Positions 59,855 through 64,000 of a DNA stretch of 64,000 nucleotides are shown here, piece by piece. A model generated the notes under the pieces. The model was not told the DNA's origin. It did not search any database and saw only the letters and a list, made by a program, of their open reading frames with translations. How positions within the stretch are numbered: position 1 is the first letter of the stretch; every line of letters starts with the position of its first letter. The position numbers and the translations under genes were made by a program. This stretch comes from Macrostomum lignano (Eukaryota): the NCBI GenBank assembly GCA_002269645.1, contig NIVC01002238.1:93597-157596 (forward strand). The letters are read 5' to 3'.

Positions 59855-60520
59855 TTGGGGTCATTCTGTCACTCATAATTGGGATCATTCTGTCACTCAT
59901 AATTGGGATCATTCTGTCAGTCATAATTGGGATCATTCTGTCACTCATAATTGGGATCATTCTGTCAGTCATAATTGGGATCATTCTGTCAGTCATAATT
60001 GGGATCATTCTGTCAGTCATAATTGGGATCATTCTGTCAGTCATAATTGGGATCATTCTGTCACTCATAATTGGGATCATTCTGTCACTCATAATTGGGA
60101 TCATTCTGTCACTCATAATTGGGATCATTCTGTCAGTCATAATTGGGATCATTCTGTCAGTCATAATTGGGATCATTCTGTCAGTCATAATTGCGATCAT
60201 TCTGTCAGTCATAATTGGGATCATTCTGTCACTCATAATTGGGATCATTTTGTCAGTCATAATTGGGATCACTCTGTCAGTCATAATTGGGATCACTCTG
60301 TCAGTCATAATTGAGATCATTCTGTCAGTCATACTTGGGATCATTCTGTCAGTCATAATTGGGATCACTCTGTCAGTCATAATTGGGATCACTCTGTCAC
60401 TCATAATTGGGATCACTCTGTCAGTCATAATTGGGATCATTCTGTCAGTCATAATTGGGATCATTATGTCAGTCATAATTGGGATCATTCTGTCAGTCAT
60501 AATTGGGATCATTCTGTCAT
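59855..60520. repeat. 24-bp minisatellite (CATAATTGGGATCATTCTGTCAGT)
   Basis: Direct periodicity. Confidence 0.95.
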
Positions 60521-61004
60521 AGTTAGGATCATCGGATCATTTTTAATGTGGTCATATTATAGTTTTAAGCGTTAGCAAGTCAGCAATAAATCACAATACG
60601 AGCTACGAGTATTTGACATCATACAGTATTTGACAGAAATTTGTTGGAATGTCAAACGGGCTATCGGTGAGGCGTGATTACAATTTCTTGGCTTTAAACG
60701 AAATATAGAAAGTAGACACAAAAGTTTAGTCGAAAAACTAAAATAAAATAATGCAATGGCAACAGAAATCCATGGGTATAGGGAGGCTGGGCCTCATCAT
60801 CCCACTATGCAGGCATTTCAGAGGCAATTGTGAAAAATGCGAAAACATTTTAAAGCCAAAAAAGCGCATTTAGTTCATGTACTTCTGAGTTGAGCGGCTA
60901 CAAAATCCAACCGTAAGTTGAATTTCAAAAGCGAAAATATTCGAAATTTTTATAGGAATAAAAAGCTCTTTGTTTTCTGGCCGCCCCCAAAGACGATCAT
61001 TGCA

Positions 61005-62308
61005 ACTGGGGTGGGGCAGCGGCGGCCTCTCTAAAAGGGCAATAAAAAGACTGGGGTGGGGCAGCGGCGGCCTCTCTAAAAGGGCCATAAAGGGACTGGG
61101 GTAGGGCAGCGGCGGCCTCTCTAAAAGGGCCTTAAAGGGACTGGGGTGGGGCAGCGGCGGCCTCTCTAAAAGGGCCATAAAGGGACTGGGGTGGGGCAGC
61201 GGCAGCCTCTCTAAAAGGGCCATAAAGGGACTGGGGTGACTGGGGTGGGGCAGCGGCGGCCTCTTTAAAAGGGCCATAAATGGACTGGGGTGGGGCAGCG
61301 GCAGCCTCTCTAAAAAGGCCATAAAGAGACTGGGGTGGGGCAGCGGCGGCCTCTCTAAAAGGGCCATAAAGGGACTGGGGTGGGGCAGCGGCAGCCTCTC
61401 TAAAAGGGCCATAAAGGGACTGGGTGACTGGGGTGGGGCAGCGGCGGCCTCTTTAAAAGGGCCATAAAGGGACTGGGGTAGAGCAGCGGCAGCCTCTCTA
61501 AAAGGGCCTTAAAGGGACTGGGGTGGAGCAGCGGCAGCCTCTCTAAAAAGGCCATAAAGAGACTGGGGTGGGCAGCGGCAGCCTCTCTAAAAAGGCCATA
61601 AAGAGACTGGGGTGGGGCAGCGGCGGCCTCTCTAAAAGGCCATAAAGGGACTGGGGTGGGGCAGCGGCAGCCTCTCTAAAAGGGCCATAAAGGGACTGGG
61701 GTGACTGGGGTGGGGCAGCGGCGGCCTCTTTAAAAGGGCCATAAAGGGACTGGGTTGGGGCAGCGGCAGCCTCTCTAAAAGGGCCATAAAGGGACTGGGG
61801 TGGGCAGCGGCAGCCTCTCTAAAAGGGCCTTAAAGGGACTGGGGTGGAGCAGCGGCAGCCTCTCTAAAAGGGCCATAAAGGGACTGGGGTGACTGGGGTG
61901 GGGCAGCGGCGGCCTCTTTAAAAGGGCCATAAAGGGACTGGGGTGGGGCAGCGGCAGCCTCTCTAAAAGGGCCTTAAAGGGACTGGGGTGGGGCAGCGGC
62001 AGCCTCTCTAAAAGGGCCATAAAGGGACTGGGGTGACTGGGGTGGGGCAGCGGCGGCCTCTTTAAAAGGGCCATAAAGGGACTGGGGTGGAGCAGCGGCA
62101 GCCTCTCTAAAAGGGCCATAAAGGGACTGGGGTGGGGCAGCGGCAGCCTCTCTAAAAGGGCCATAAAGGGACTGGGGTGACTGGGGTGGGGCAGCGGCGG
62201 CCTCTTTAAAAGGGCCATAAAGGGACTGGGGTGGAGCAGCGGCAGCCTCTCTAAAAGGGCCATCAAGGGACTGGGGTGGGGCAGCGGCGGCCTCTCTAAA
62301 AGGGCCGT
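61005..62308. repeat. 45-bp G-rich minisatellite (GGGGTGGGGCAGCGGCGGCCTCTCTAAAAGGGCCATAAAGGGACT)
   Basis: Direct periodicity, ~28 copies. Confidence 0.95.
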
Positions 62309-62585
62309 TGGGACTCAAGCGCTGGGCCACCGGCAGCTCAGAAAATGCTATGCGCGAACAAGCAGACGAAATTATCGAAAGCAGAAGTACTCGAGTGCAA
62401 CAGGGCAAAAAAAGAAATAATTAAAAAACGCGCGTACTAAAACAATAATTAACAGGCCAGTCAGTGCCATAAACATTGTTTTCCGGCCAATTGTCAAAGA
62501 ATTTCGTCGCTGTCCCACGGCCGAATCCGGGCGGCTTGCCCGGCTTCTGCAACGAATAGAAAGTCGGCGGCGGCGGGCCGCTGGC

Positions 62586-62852
62586 ATGGCCTGCTTCTGC
62601 TGGCGCGTCTGCTGCTCAGAGTCTGCGGAGAGAAGTTTGAGCCAGCTTAGTGAGGAGGTAGATGCATGGGCAACTGAACTCAGATCCTTCAGTGAGGGTG
62701 CCCGCCACCCATGTGTTTTCTATTCCTCACCAGCAGATTCGGAGGTCCGACGGTTTTTCCGTTTGGCACCAGAGAATAAGCGCCGAAAACTGGCGCTCAA
62801 TCGCGCGCGCCCGGCTTTTGCTCAGCTCTGGTGGCCCAGTGGCGAGGCCTGA
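62586..62852 (+). CDS. Possible small protein (88 aa) with an N-terminal cysteine cluster, unknown family
   Basis: Non-repetitive GC-rich ORF MACFCWRVCCSE... with a reasonable ATG context; no recognisable domain. Confidence 0.3.
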   Translation: MACFCWRVCCSESAERSLSQLSEEVDAWATELRSFSEGARHPCVFYSSPADSEVRRFFRLAPENKRRKLALNRARPAFAQLWWPSGEA

Positions 62853-63064
62853 TGAGGAGGACCGGTGCCGTCTCCGTTGGGGCCCGACGGTCCGCCATTG
62901 CCAAGACGGAGGGCGTTGGTGCACTGAGCACATCCTGGTCTAAAACTGTCGAAGACGACTCAGCGGCTGGGTGGCGCTTGCTTCTGCGCTGAAGACGCGC
63001 TTGATACGACTGGCCACACTGCCGGTGCGGCCGGGCTTCTGGCCTAATAGTAACAGACAGGCCG

Positions 63065-64000
63065 GAATGAAGTGAATCCAGAATGGCCCGTGCGTTTGAG
63101 AGATTCTATAAATACAAAAACTGACGGAGGAATGAAAGGAATCCCAGAATGGCCCGTGCGTTTGAGAGATTCTATAAATAGAAAACTGACGGAGGAATGA
63201 AGGGAATCCCAGAATGGCCGTGCGTTTGAGAGATTTCTATAAATAGAAAACTGACGGGAGGAATGAAGGGAATCCCAGAATGGCCGTGCGTTTGTTGATT
63301 TCTATCAATAGAAACTGACGAGAGGAATGAAGGGAATCCAGAATGGCCGTGCGTTTGTTGATATTCTATCAATAGAAACTGACGAGAGGAATGAAGGGAA
63401 TCCCAGAATGGCCGTGCGTTTGTTGATATTCTATCAATAGAAACTGACGAGAGGAATGAAGGGAATCCCAGAATGGCCGTGCGTTTGTTGATATTCTATC
63501 AATAGAAACTGACGAGAGGAATGAAGGGAATCCCAGAATGGCCGTGCGTTTGTTGATATTCTATCAATAGAAACTGACGAGAGGAATGAAGTGAATCCCA
63601 GAATGGCCGTGCGTTTGAGAGATTCTATAAATAGAAAACTGACGAGAGGAATGAAGGAATCCCAGAATGGCCGTGCGTTTGTTGATTCTATCAATAGAAA
63701 CTGACGAGAGGAATGAGTGAATCCCAGAATGGCCGTGCGTTGAGGATTCTATCAATAGAAACTGACGAGAGGAATGAAGGGAATCCCAGAATGGCCGTGC
63801 GTTTGTGATATTCTATCAATAGAAAACTGACGAGAGGAATGAAGGGAATCCCAGAATGGCCGTGCGTTTGTTGATATTCTATCAATAGAAACTGACGAGA
63901 GGAATGAAGGAATCCCAGAATGGCCGTGCGTTTGTTGATATTCTATCAATAGAAACTGACGAGAGGAATGAAGGGAATCCAGAATGGCCGTGCGTTTGTT
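63065..64000. repeat. ~65-bp minisatellite, runs off the window end
   Basis: GAATGGCCGTGCGTTTGTTGATATTCTATCAATAGAAACTGACGAGAGGAATGAAGGGAATCCCA units with small indels. Confidence 0.95.

Noticed and set aside
63065-64000. CRISPR-like array (unit with the TTCTATCAATAGAA palindrome); the same question applies to the other arrays
   Set aside because: Units are contiguous and near-identical with no unique spacers, there are no cas genes, and the context is eukaryotic.

Overview
This is eukaryotic (animal) genomic DNA: GC-rich spliced coding exons embedded in very dense, unrelated minisatellites and microsatellites. That style, plus the gene content, suggests a free-living flatworm such as Macrostomum (inference, not proven). 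Nine genes can be reconstructed with consistent splice phases or as single exons: a GT31 beta-1,3-galactosyltransferase (-), boule (+, 4 exons), an alpha-arrestin (+, 6 exons), homeobrain (-, 3 exons), a 78-aa secreted prepropeptide (-), nicotinamide riboside kinase (-, 5 exons), a GH20 beta-hexosaminidase (-, 6 exons, one GC-AG intron), pterin-4a-carbinolamine dehydratase (-, 2 exons, absent from the ORF track) and a non-canonical class A GPCR (+). Mobile DNA comprises a hAT MITE (8-bp TSD), a Mutator-type foldback (9-bp TSD), a tRNA-derived SINE, a degenerate Ty3/Gypsy element capped by a 110-bp inverted repeat, and a solo LTR (5-bp TSD). The most interesting items are the orphan two-cysteine peptide precursor, an inverted copy of the hexosaminidase 3' end inside its own last intron, the Gypsy hairpin, and the filling of most introns by their own private minisatellite. 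Exon models were read by eye and are not supported by transcript data. No CRISPR, rRNA or bona fide tRNA was found.
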